Shown: positions 43,941-55,960, counted from the first letter of the stretch. The stretch: DNA of 64,000 nucleotides from Blastocladiella emersonii ATCC 22665 (GCA_025594325.1 JANHCV010000013.1:620001-684000); one strand, 5' to 3'. Numbers and translations are program-made. Notes: generated from the sequence alone by a model not told the origin.

Positions 43941-45571
43941 AGCACTCTGCCGCGCAGGGTTCGCAGCGCGGCCCGTTTGCCCGCGGCGTTCCGTTGGCTC
44001 CCGCGCTGGGCGGCGAAACTCGTTGGCCCCCGCAAGCAAGCGCGGATGGCGCGACGCGACCTCGCCTCGCCGCCGACGGGATCACGGCGGCCATCGCTTG
44101 GGCGATCACGGCGGCGATCGTATCAGCGGCGCGGTGCTCGGTCGGCGAGGTCGTGTTGAAGTGCGAGCGCCACTCAAGTTCGCGCCCGTCGTCGTCGTGG
44201 GCGGGGCCAAGAGGAGAGGCACACACGGCCGCGATCAAGGGACCCACCCGGCCTCGGATAAAACACGTTCCGCTGCGCGCGAGCACGAGTTGTGCCACAA
44301 GGTCCCTGCCCATTCGCTGCGTTGCCGCGCTCCTCCTCCATCGCCCCATCGCAGCGGAAGCGGCCGCGGCTCGGGAGAGGCTCGCTCATCAACTTTTTCA
44401 CGGGAGCGGAAGCGAGAGCGGGGCGGTGGCGGCAGCAGGCAACGTCTAAACCCTGCCGACCGCGTTTCACGTCGTCCGAGGCGGCGCCCAATCGCTCGCG
44501 TTAGGGCATGGTTGGTTGGTTCGACCAAGTGAGACGCGCGGGCTGAGCGCGCAGTTATTCTCGGTCCCTGAGAGAGATGATCAGCTCGGCCGTGGTCGCG
44601 TCACGGTCGCGTCGCGCGGTGATGGTCGCCGTGATCCACGTCGACGACGACGAGAGACGAGCAGACCGGCGCGTCTGGTGGGTTGCCCGACTCGGAAATA
44701 GCGTGGTGTGGCGCGCGGGCCGGCGTACAAGCAGCAAGCGGGACGGTGCGACGCGACGCGGGCGTGTTTCGGGATGGCGGTCACCTGCGCCGCCCGCGGT
44801 CACGCGGCCCTTTTTTTTTTTCGGGTCGCGGCGAGCCTCCCTCACGCTGACGTGACTTGTAAAACCGACTGTATCGGGCCACCTACCTCTGTAAGTGGGG
44901 GCAGTGGGCGGGGGTTTAGCGTTGGCCTCAGAGGGACGCGCGGTCGGGGTGGGCTCAAAGCCGCCGCGCTCCTCCCTCTCCTCCTCTCCCCTGTCCTCCT
45001 CCCTCTCCCATCGCCGTTTGCTCGAGCACCGCCGCGCCCGCGGATCACAGCACTCGATAGACCATAGACGCTGCTGCTGGCGCCGCCCCCGCGCACGCCA
45101 CGCACCACACGCCCTCCCCCTCGCGCTCGCTCGCGCACGCGCACTCGCGCGCCGCTGGGTCTTCTGGAACTCGCGACACCGCGCGCCTGTGCTCCACTCC
45201 GCTCCACAGCGTACGTTGATTGCTCCGCCTCCGTCAGTTGTTCGAGCGGGACCGGGCCGCGCCGGGCCAACCGTGCCGCCCGCCCGTCCCGCGTTCGCGG
45301 CGGTGACGCACCCGCGATGGCCACGCGTGGGCCACACTCACGGTTCAGCGCTGGGCTCTCACGCATGACCCGCGCGTTGGTGTGGGGCCCGGCCAACGGA
45401 TCTTCCGTCCTCGCTCGCTCTCTCCCCCGCCCTCCGCGATCGAACGAATGAACGATAGCTGATGCATCCGTGACGCGACGACCCTCCTCCACAGACAGCG
45501 ACCTGCGCGACCCGAGACCGCCGCGTTTCCGATCCGCCCCACCACCCACCGTCATCACCCCCGCCACCATC

Positions 45572-48500
45572 ATGTCGTCGATGCCCCCGCCCGACGGCTC
45601 GGGCGCCGCAGCAGCGCCCGGCTCTGGCGGCGACCCCTTCTTCGCGTTCCTGCGCCAGCACAACCCGGGCGTCGTGCCGTCGTCGCTGGCCGACGTCGCC
45701 GCGACGCTGCCCATGGGCGACCTGCTGCTCGGCGCTACCCCTACGCCGACGCCGATGGCCGCGGATCAGGTACGGACCAGCTTCACGTTTTCTCGCTGCG
45801 CGGCGTCCGCGGCGGGCACGCGGCACACGGCGTACGCCCAGTTGCCTGTTCCGGACGTTGGCGTCGCGCAGCTCGAACCCGCCCGCTCGGCTCCTCCCTG
45901 CGTCAGCGTGTCCGCACGCGCCGTCATCATTGCCGTGTCTCGCCCGCTCGCCACGATTTTCCTCGTCCTCCTCGACTCGCGCCGGTGGGGGGTCCACGGC
46001 CAGCGCGACCGGTCGCGCAACCGTGACGTGATCGATCGGGCACGGTGGCCGAGCCCGTGGCGCGTGTGGCGGTGGGCGTCGGGCGTCGCCGCACGCGGGC
46101 TTGACGCTCGTGTCGACGCCCACCACCGCTGCCGCGCGCCTCCGGTCCACCCGCGCTCGGTCGCCCGGGCGTCGCGGCGGTCGTGGTCGGTCTCGCTCGT
46201 GTGGCGGTTACGCCCGACACCGGGGGGCACGACGCGGCGACGCGATGCGACGTGACGCGCGGCGACGGCATCTGGTGCAGCAGGTCGGCGTAGCGTAGCG
46301 CGACCCCCCGAAACCAGACGCACGCTGGCCCACGCGGACCCACCCGCTGCGCACATCCCAGCCCACTCCATTCTTCCGCGCCGCGTGTCGCACCGCGTCC
46401 GTGAAACGCGCGTCGCGCCAGCTGTGGCCAACCCACCCGTTCGCTCCCTCCGCCTCCCGACTCTCGCCCATCAACGCTGAAACATCTCACTCACGCCCAC
46501 CCTCTCGCTCGCTCGCTCGCCGCACAGCCGACCCCGCTCCAGCACCCGCACATGCACCAACAGCAGCAGGAGCAGCAGCAGCCCATGACCGACTCGCGCA
46601 CCCGCCGCAACCCCGCGCCGCCACGAAAGACGCCCGCCGCGCGAGGTGGTGCCGGCGCTAAGAAGCGCGCGCCCGCTGCGTCGCGGAAACGCCCCGCGCC
46701 CGCGTCGTCCGACGAGGAGGACGACGACGAGGAGGAGGACGATCTCTCAGACGACGACGACGAGGACGAGGACGACGACGACGACGCCTTCTCCCGCTCC
46801 GACGCCGACGACTCGAACGACGACGACGCGTCGGACGACGACGAGGAGCTGATCCTCGACTCGGACTCGGACACCGGCGGCGGGCGCACCACGCGCGCGG
46901 CCAAGTCGCGCAAGACGTCGCGCGCCGCAACCGCGGCGGCGGCGGCGGCGGCGGCGGGGAAGCGCGCGGCGCCACCACGGACCCGAGCCGCGGCCGCGGC
47001 GAACCGCGGCGACGCGAGCGCGTCGGCGCTCGTGTCCCCGCCCGAGTCCGCGCGGCAGACGCCCGCGGGGAGCGCCGCGTCGCCCGTGGTCCAGCAGCAG
47101 CAACAGGTCGCGCCGGCGGCTGGTGATGGAGCGGCCAAGCCGAAGCGCAAGGGGTACGTGCTCAAGACTCTCACCCGTGACCACCGTCCACTCACACCCC
47201 TCCACCTCCGTAGCCGCGCCCCCGCGTCGTCCGAGACCCGCGAGACGAAACGCCAGCTGCACATCCGCATGGAGCAGCAGCGGCGCGCGTGCACGAACGC
47301 GACGTACGAGTCGATCGAGGCCGAGCTGCCGCCGCTCAACTCGGCCTCGAAGCGGTCCGCCAAGCTCACCACCCTGCAGCGCGCCCTCGAGTACATCCGC
47401 CAGCTCAAGGCCGCCCACTCGGCCGCGTGCGACGAGCTCGCGCATGCGCGGATCGCCATCGTCCAGCTCGGCGGGTCCGTCGCGCCCCGCAACTCGGTCC
47501 TCGGGCCGGCAGAACTCGCGGCGGCCATGGCGGTCCCGCCGCCCGAGCCAGAGTACAAGGAACGCGCGCGGGCGAAACGCGCAGCGGCTGCCGCGGCCGC
47601 GGCGAACGCGTCGGTGCCGGCGACCGTCGCCAAGCGGGCGCACGACCGCGCGCTCCTCCTCCCGCCCGTCGTCCCCGTCATGCTCAACCAGCCCCCGCCG
47701 CCCGCGGACCACCATCACTCCCACCGGCCGCGGCTCCACATCCAGAACCCGTCGCCCGCCGCGACCCCCGCCATGGGCCACCACCACCACAACCATCTCG
47801 GGTTTGCGCCGCACCCGCAGCAGCAGCAGTTTCCGGCGGCGGCGGACCCGACCTCGATCCTGTTCCAGCCCGCGCCCCAGCACCAGCAGCTCGTGACGCC
47901 GCCGCACTCGGCCACGGTGGCCGCGGCAACGGTGTCCGCGGCGGCGGCAGCTGCAGCGACGCACGACGTGTTCGAGTCGATGCTCCTCGACCTCGGGTAC
48001 AACAACAACGCGAGCCCGAACCAGCCCCCGCCAGCAGTCGCGTCGCCGCCGACCGGGATTTCGGGGACGGCGGCCTCGGCGGGCGAGCCGTTCTTCTTCC
48101 CGCCCCAACAGCAGCAGCAGCATCAGCAGCAGTACGGCGGGTACCCGGCGCAGCAGCAGCGGCAGCGGCACATGTCGGGCACCGCGACGTCGACGATGCT
48201 CGTCCCCGCGATGCCCACGATCCTCAACTCGGCGCCGGGTGCCCCCGGGCCGGGCTCGCGCGGCGGGACTAGCGCGACGCCCGTGTCCCCGCCGACGGCG
48301 ACGGTCACGGTCGGCGGCGGCGTGTACCACCACCACCACCCCGGGCACCAGCACCCGCAGGCGCAGCAGTTCGACCACCGCCGGTCCGCGTCGCTGGTCA
48401 TGGACGGGAGCGGCGGCGGCGGCGGCGGCGCGGGGCGCGCGGGATCGGCGTCGTCGCAGAACTTTTACCAGCAGGGCGGCGGCGGTGGTGGGTACCAGCA

Positions 48501-48672
48501 GCCGCACCCGCAGCAGTATCACCACGGCGGCGGCGGCCAGCAGCAGCAGCAGCAGCAGGTGTACGGGTACCACGGCCACCACCAGCAGCAGCACCACGGC
48601 CCGCCGGGTCCACCAGGTCCGCCGCCGCCGCACGGGCACGCGCAGGGCCAGCAGCAGGGCCCGTTTCGGTGA
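45572..48672 (+). CDS. bHLH(-ZIP) transcription factor with acidic, Gln/His/Pro-rich regions, ~780 aa (exons 45572-45769, 46528-48672)
   Basis: KRQLHIRMEQQRRACTNATYESIEAELP...SAKLTTLQRALEYIRQLK is a bHLH with the H-x3-E-x3-R signature. A phase-0 donor CAG|gtacgg (45770) is compatible with the acceptor gcacag (46527). The exon-1 link is inferred. Confidence 0.82.
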
Positions 48673-48817
48673 CGACGATGAAGAGTTGATGATATAGATG
48701 GCGAGGTAGAGACTAGAGCGTTCCGAGATACATGTTCACATGGCTTGATCACATCATATCAATCAACTTGGAGTGTATCGAACGAGAGGAGAGAAACAGG
48801 GAAGTGGGGGGAACGGA

Positions 48818-49499
48818 TCAGCACTCGTTGGTCGCCTTGGTGTTGAGGATGAGCGCGACGATCAGACCTACGCCCCGCTTCGCGCGTCAGTTCCCCGCCG
48901 TCGCCCGCACAACCCCGCAACAGCGCGCGCGTACCGTAGAGCCCGAGCACCTCGGCGAAAATGAGCATGAGGACCATGCCGACAAACAGCCGCGGCGACA
49001 GCGAGTAGCCCTTGACGCCCGCGTCGCCGATCACGCCGACCGCGTAGCCCGCGGCCAGACCCGTGAACCCGACCGACAGGCCCGCGCCCAGGTGCAGCAT
49101 CCCCGTGAACAGCGAGTAGGGTGTGCCGGGCGACACTACAGGTCGGGGGTGAGGGGGTTAGGGGGGGAGGGAGGGTGGGGAGGGAAAAGACGTACTGTTG
49201 CCCGACACAACGACCGAGACGACGAGCCCGTACACGGCAATGATGCCCGCCATGACCACGGGGATCAGCGACTTCATGATCAGGTCCGGCCGGAACGTGC
49301 CCATCATGGCGATCCCGACGCCCGCCTTGGTGGTGCCGTAGGCCGCGCCGAAGGCTACACGACACACAACGTCTCAGCACCCGAGGGACGTCCATAGTAG
49401 CAAACAAAGCGAGCGCGACAAACCGGTCAGGATCATGGCCAGCGACGACCCCGCCAGGCCAAAGAACGACGCGTAGACGGGACACTGCTCGGACGCCAT
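48818..49499 (-). CDS. VMA11: V-ATPase V0 proteolipid subunit, c'-like (3 introns)
   Basis: [14 protein letters not shown]...[46 protein letters not shown]...[10 protein letters not shown]...GYAVG...[47 protein letters not shown] and ILNT favour c' (Vma11) over c (Vma3). The family call is secure; the paralog call is less so. Confidence 0.9.
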
Positions 49500-49649
49500 G
49501 GTGCGGTGCGTGTTGCGCGGTTGCGGCGAGTCGTTGATGCGTTGCAGAAGGGGCGCGTGTGCGTAGCGGAGGAGATCGGACGGATGAGCAACGCGCGGCG
49601 AGGTGAGTGCGGCGGGCGGCCGGCGGGGAGCGACGCGTCGGCGTGAGCT

Positions 49650-50850
49650 TCGGTGGGCGCGTCACGTTGGGTCACCTCTGCCGACCCCGCCATGGAGTTC
49701 TTGGGATGCAAAGAATGGTGGAGTGTATGACTTGGTGCATTGCGATTTATGCGCGTGAAGGAGACCGTGAGCCGAGTTGGGTTGCGGTGGAAGTGAAAAG
49801 TGGTGTCGCCAGACGCCGTCGCGCGCTGCGGGGCTCGCGAGCTCGCAGTCGACTCGGCTGTACATTTCAGTTCAAGCGTGTGTCGGGCACCACACGGCAA
49901 CCATCAGCATGCTGCTCCACCTGCGCCGATACTCGAGCGAGCCGTGCTTGCATTGGGCCGCGGTCCCGCTCCCGCGACCGTCATGATCCGGCACGCATTG
50001 CTGTATCGCGTCGACGTTCGCCTAACAGGCTTGTCCCGTGTACGTACCCACGCGGATCTCGCTCAGCGGACCCGCTGGCGAACTGTGTAGCCGTCCCCTC
50101 TCCCGTTCGGATGTAGAGTGGAACCAGCTCGCACTGTCCCGCTCCGGACACCACTTCGTCTACGCTTGCTCTGGGAACCACTACGCGCACCATCGGTTCA
50201 CCCCTCGCCAGCCACGCTCGGACCTCGCCAGCTCGCTCGCTCCGCGCCGCTGGGCCGCACTCGCGCGCGCGCCGTGAAAAGGCCGCGTCGCGCGCGCGAG
50301 TGTGGCCCTATCGGCTCGTGTGGTTGCGGCGGGTGGTCACGCGAGATCTTGGCGCGACGGCGGCTAGCGGTTACCGTGGTTCCGAGGTGTGGGCCTCTCA
50401 TGTCTCGAATAGAGATCGCTTCTCTGAAATGTCTTCACCGGGTGTCGCTTGCTGAGAGCTCCTCAGTCACGAAGGTGACGGGCATCTCACGGCCACTCTA
50501 GAAACGAGGGTACTTGACGCGCGCGCCGTGGTCCTCGACCAGTTGAGCCCTCGATGCGGCGGTTCACTTGTGATCACCAACGAGCGCGAGGTTGGGAGCA
50601 TGAGCGACGCGTTTGACATGTGTACAGCTCAAGAACTCCCCTGGCAGCTCGCGCGACGGCCACGCTTTTCTCGACCTGCTGTCAATGTGCCCGCGTACGC
50701 GGACAACGGGTTAGCGAGCGGCCAGTGGTCGCTGCTCACGACCGGCACCTACTTTGCCCCGCTTTCCACTTCGTCAGCGGAGGAGGGTTTTTCCGTCGAG
50801 AGCATCAAGAGAACGCGCTCAATCACGCCCATTAACCCAACGAACACAGT
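49650..50850 (+). mobile_element. Unclassified ~1.2 kb foldback (long imperfect palindrome) repeat, most complete copy (copy 1); central hairpin 50252-50308
   Basis: Nested, colinear inverted matches around 50280: 20-bp stem; GGAACCAC 50174 / GTGGTTCC 50376; GCTGTACA 49857 / TGTACAGC 50621; GCCGTCGCGCG 49815 / CGCGCGACGGC 50650; CGTTGGGT 49665 / ACCCAACG 50835. Homologous segments occur elsewhere in the window. Confidence 0.7.
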
Positions 50851-51619
50851 AACGCCGCGTGGCGAACGGGCGACCACGCCGCCAGGACAACCCAGCGACC
50901 GTCCTCGCCCTGGGCAGGCTTCATCAGGCACCTGCAGTATCTGCACATGACGGAGTCCAGCTCTTGCGAGGGAGATAGGCGCGTCGAGGAGCATTGGCGA
51001 CGCGGCGGTGAAACGCGGTCGAGCGCGTCGCGGTCGGCGCACTCAACCGCGTCCCGGACGCTGCACATGGAATACCTTTATGAATGAAACATAGACTTGC
51101 TGCAACGCGATTTATGGTCGGAGACTACGTTGTTCTCCGAGTTCGGCGCCGATTGGGACTGTCGAAGTGCAGCCGGCTGATGCGCGCGCACGAGCCGCAC
51201 GTCCCGCATGACTTGGCTTCTAGTTTGGCGACGACCGGCGTCTGGAGGATAACGCTCACGACCGCCAGATCATCCGGTGATAAAGTTGACGAAGTTCATG
51301 AAGTCGGCCAATCCGATCCGCGATGGGATGTGCTTCCAGCGCTCAGTCTGCGGAGCGCGCACGCGGAACAGGGGAAGCCTGGCACTACTCAGGGCTACGC
51401 CGAGAACCAATTCCTCGAATCCCAAGTCCGATTCATGATCTCGAGTGTACCAGTACGTCAAGCAGTTCTCGAATCACGGCTGCGCGACGAAACGCCACGC
51501 TGGATTGCTCTGCTCTCGTGTGCTTGAGACACGTACGTCTTTAACGCGCGGTACTTCTTCAGCCGACCAATTCGCTGACTTGTGCCCGTCCCATCGACTC
51601 TTGGCAGGCATGGGCAACT

Positions 51620-52300
51620 TGACGACTCACCAATCGCCCAGCTCGCATCCACACGTTTCGCTTCTTCACTCACACCAACTCGCACGCACAAGACTGGCTC
51701 AATGGCCTTTCCCGTTGTGCTGCCACGCCATGGGCAACGTTTTACCGCTCGCCGCCAAAGCTCAAATCTCGCCGCATCGCTTGCGCTGCGTTGCTGGGCC
51801 GCACTCGCGCGGGCGCCGTGAAAAGGCCGCGTCGCTCGCGCGGGTGCGGCCCGCTCGGCTCGTGTGGTCGCGGCGGGTGGTCACGCGAGATCTTGGCGCG
51901 ACGGCGGCAAACGGTCACCATGGTTCTGAGGTGTGGGCCTGTCACGTCTCGAATGAAGATCGCTTGTCCAAACTATCTTCACCGTGTCGTTTGCTGAGAG
52001 TTTCTCATTCATTAATGTGGCCAATGAACCACGGTCATTCGTGCACATGGCGCACTTGACGTGCGCGCCGCGATCCTCCATCAGCCGTCCTCATAACACG
52101 GATCACTTGCAGCCGCTAATGAGCGTGAGGTCGACAGCATGGGCGACGCGGGTCAACATGTGTATGGTTGCAAGTCCCCTTTGCCATCTCGCATGACGGC
52201 CAAGTTTTTCTTGGGAAGTTAATATGCTCGCTGGACAACGGCGCGGCGCGAGGCCTGTGCCTCTCATGCTTGACAGCGTCTATGCCCTCTTCAGCGCTTA
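51620..52300 (+). mobile_element. Foldback repeat copy 2 (hairpin 51796-51852 plus right arm)
   Basis: Colinear with ~50120-50780, e.g. ggcgggtggtcacgcgagatcttggcgcgacggcggc is identical, and gagcatg.gcgacgcg..acatgtgta is shared. Confidence 0.75.
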
Positions 52301-54173
52301 CTGCTGGCACCCGTCCACGTGAAGCTGCGCGCCGGGCACACAGCGGGCCTCAGCGGACGCTTCGTCGGCGCTAAGTCTATCGCAAGTAAATCCTGGTACA
52401 CGAGCTTTTCGCGTAGCTTGGCCGGTACGCGAATTTTATCCTCTTCTACCGCAAACGGTCGGCGCGACCTGCTCCAGTCTGATTTTGGGCGCTTGGGCGG
52501 CGACCGCGTCGCTCAGGTCAAGCGGCTTCGCCCGCCGTGGCGCAGCGCCAAGGTATGTGGACGCGTGATGGGCGTCTGTTTGTCGCGGTCGATTGACACG
52601 CCAGGGACGAGTGTAGATTGAGTGCCTTATTGATCGGGTTCGCCCGACTGCGCTCCACCATCCTGCCGAAACTGGCGAGGATGACGCATCCATGCCCGCA
52701 CCTCAGCATCACGCGCGCGGGAACCGGCGCCTGGCCGTCGTCGCAGTCGACCATTTCGCGGCCTCGCCCGAGATACCCATGGCGGGAATGCTTGTCCCTT
52801 TTGACGTGCGCGCGACCCTCGGTTTCGAGGTGGCCGCGCCGCACGCGGGCCCGACCATCGAGACGAACCGCCAGGACCGGATTCGCGAGGCCGAGGTGCT
52901 CGCAGAGCATCTCGATGACCCATCGTACAAGCTTTTCTACTCGCCCGCTGATGATGCGTGGACAGCGCGACCGCGCCGCTGTTGGGCGAAGCAGCGCCAC
53001 GGAGTTGGATGGATCCAGTTCTTTGTATTTCTTCCGTTTCCTATGTAACAAGCTGTGCCTTATTCAGTTCTATCGTGTTAAACAAACCTTGATGTTTTTA
53101 GTACGTGGGCAGCATGACTCAAGCAACGGCGCACGAACAAACCGCGCAGTTGTGGACGCGTTGGTCATCTGCACGTGACGCGTTGTGGGGTCCGAACAAG
53201 GTTCCGAACCCCTTCGCTCGCGTTCTTACTGCGGCCGGGAGGGTCCTTCCGCCGCGGTGCTATTTAAGCTTCACCCGCCCGCCCTCTCCTCAGCAAGGCA
53301 CACTTCTCCCCCACGGCCGCCCCTCGTCAAGATTTTCGCCCTGTATAACATGTGCGCCACGGTTGACGTGACGGTGACGGGTACGCCTACTCCCAGCTTG
53401 ACCGTGACGGTCGTGTGTGTCTCGTCGGCCGACCTAACTCATGGATAACCTGTCCTGTGTGCGCTCGTCATTGTCCAGGCTAACGGAGTCGGGTCAAGTC
53501 GGCGACAAGGTCAACGGCCATTGTTCGGCCTGTTCTCGTCTGGTCGCTGATCCGTACGTGCGCTGCTGTGTCTCCCCCTTTTCGCCTCCGCCGATGCCTC
53601 TCGTGGCATCTTGACGAGTCTGCTGGCGAGCGGAGCCCGTCCTCACGGGCCTCGTTTGCGGGCCGCCGTCGCGAGGCACCTCGCTCGCGCTCCTCGGACC
53701 GCTCACTGACGTCCTGTGTGCCGTCAATTGTAGCCGGCGTCGCTCAAACATCTCGGTGTACGTGTTCTCCTCATCACGACTTGGCGGTGGTGCTGGGCGG
53801 GCGCGACCGCCGCCACGTCCACGGCCGCGGCTTGCCGCTGCTGCTCGAGCTGTGCCTGGCCATCATCGTGATGGCGGTTGTTACCGGCTCGATGCGGTGG
53901 TTGCGAGTCGCAGTTGACGGGCGCGGCGGTGTTCGCCGTCGCGGCTGACGGGTGCGGCGGCGTGTGACGGGCGGCGGTCGTCGGCTGTGCGGTGCCCGCG
54001 AGCCGGCCAATCGGGGGCGGCGTGATTTCGGGCGGCGAGTGTGGCGCGACGCGTGAAACGCGTGCGCGGGCGCGAGCGGGGTAGTCGCTGTTATGATCAC
54101 CTCAATATACGTGATTTGCCGGATAACGTGTCATGATGAGTCAGTAAATGATATTCAGCTGTATCGAGCCAAA

Positions 54174-54360
54174 TTAGCTGCTAACCAGCTCCTAATCGCT
54201 TCCGATACTAATTTGCGCTAACCTCGCACTAATCCGTCTCGCGATTAGTCGCGCTTCTCTAACCTCGCCGCGCGTCAAACTACGCCTAAGCGCCTTCAAA
54301 CTCGTTACTTGTTAGCCGCCTGCTAACCGTGACGCTAGCTCGACTACTAGTCGTTGCTAA
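54174..54360. repeat. CTAA/TTAG-rich tract
   Basis: CTAA at 54181, 54192, 54208, 54218, 54229, 54259, 54286, 54323 and 54357 (CTAACC four times); TTAG at 54174, 54245 and 54312. Confidence 0.5.
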
Positions 54361-54599
54361 AACGCAGTCAGGATGAACACGAAAAAGTCGCAAGACAGGG
54401 AAATCTGTTAACAGTTAGCAACGTTTGCTGCGGGTTCCCCCTTGCCACCTGCAAAGGGCCAAGCTTGGGGCAGCTGGATGTGGTGCCGCGCGGTTATATT
54501 GGTCTGCATGAAGTCTTCAAGAATGAGGGCAATAGAGGGAGGAGGGGAATGGAGCGCAAAGTGCGCGCTGCCAGCAGCGCGCCTGCGCAGCGGCTTTGG

Positions 54600-55960
54600 A
54601 GCATCACGTGAGCCAGGCACGTGCGCATGTCCCGCGCGTGAGGCAGCGACGGGTCCAGCGAGCGCCTGAGCCTAAAGCCCTGATGGATGTGCAGCGGCAA
54701 GGACAAGGAGGAAGCTTGGTGCCGACCCATGGACATTGCATGCCGTGCGCAAGCGCACTTGGCCTTGGGCGAGTAATGGAATAATGTGAGAGCGCCTGGT
54801 CGGGCCCTGTTAACAGCTCCCTTTGGGTACAGCTGATCTGCGATCGATACCTGATTGACGCGGGCGGGGGTCTGCCAGATCTCACCCTTTTGCTCGCGCC
54901 TCAATTAAATTGGTTGCCTTTACTTTTGACCCAGAATTTGTTCCGCCACTTACGCTGCGCTTTCTATCCATCTTATAGATATATATATATATATTATATT
55001 ATTATACTGCGCAGTATGTGCATGACTTGCATCATGGTTGTCATCAATCGGTTCTCCGAGTTGACGCAATTTATCCCGCTTGCCGCGTTCTCCAGCGCCG
55101 CCACGGCCGCCGACACGTTCTTCAAGCACGCAGCACGACCGCGCAGGCTGCCCGACGACATCGTTTTGGACCGCGGGTTGCAGATCACGTCGCGGTTTTG
55201 GTCGGCTGTGTGCGACGCGCTCGTGATCAAGGCCAAGCTCTCAATGGCGTTACCCCTATCATACAGACCGACCGGCTGACCGAGCGTATAAACCGGACGC
55301 GTAAGGTGGATTTGCGCACGTTTGACAGCGAGGATCAGTCGAACTGGGCCAAGCTGCCGCGGTACGCCGATGGCTATCAACAACTCGGTCAGCGAGTTGA
55401 TGAGCGTGTCGCCGTCGTTCATGGCAAACTACGAGCTCCACCCGCGTCACTTGGCCGCGCCCGCGCGTTTGAATTGAGTTCTGTCGGCCGCGGCGCTGGC
55501 CGAGCGCATCGCCGACATCCAGGGCCAGCTGCTCGAGAAGGTTGAGCGCGCCAAGCAGCTGTATTTACAGAAAGTACGCCGACCGCCATCACCGCGAGGG
55601 CCCCCAGTTAAACGCCGGGGGACATGGTGCTGCTGAGCACCAAGAACCTACGCGTCGACGTGCCCAAGGCCAAGCTCGGGCAGAAGTTCACGGAGCCGCT
55701 CAAGATCGTGCGCCTTATCCGCAAGTCGGCCATCGAGCTCAAGCTGACCATGGCGCGCGTCCACCCGGTGTTCCACGTCTCGCTCATCAAGCCGGTGGTC
55801 GCGCACGACGAGGACACGTTCCCGGGCCGCACGCCACCGCCGCCGGCGCCGTACGTCGTCAACGGGCGCGAGGAGTGGTCGGTCGAGGCGATCGTCGACG
55901 CGCGCAGGTCGGCTTCGGGTCGCAGCATCGAGTACCTGGTCAGGGCTTGCTTTAGACGGG
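54600..55960 (+). mobile_element. Decayed Ty3/Gypsy (chromovirus-type) retrotransposon: integrase core plus chromodomain
   Basis: IMVVINRFSELTQFIPL, LPDDIVLDRGLQITSRFWSAVCDALVIKAKLSMA, frameshifted YH.QTD..TER.N, GDMVLLSTKNL...KFTEPLKI...VHPVFHVSLIKP, and chromodomain EEWSVEAIVDAR...IEYLVR. Frameshifted; no gag or RT seen. Confidence 0.88.
54974..55006. repeat. (AT)n microsatellite inside the Gypsy remnant
   Basis: tatagatatatatatatatattatattattata. Confidence 0.85.

Noticed and set aside
50252-50308. Hairpin as SECIS element, hammerhead ribozyme, tRNA/SINE or CRISPR repeat
   Set aside because: No UGA/GA kink quartet or linked Sec codon, no CUGANGA core, no A/B boxes or cloverleaf, and copies are kilobases apart rather than regularly spaced.
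52330-52460. Minus-strand KIRVPAKLREKLV resembling the Gypsy integrase N-terminal segment
   Set aside because: Only a few residues match, the HHCC His/Cys residues are absent, and it is on the opposite strand to the remnant.
53185-53212. Small imperfect hairpin ggggtccgaac-aag-gttccgaacccc
   Set aside because: Single copy and short, with no tRNA or known ncRNA context.
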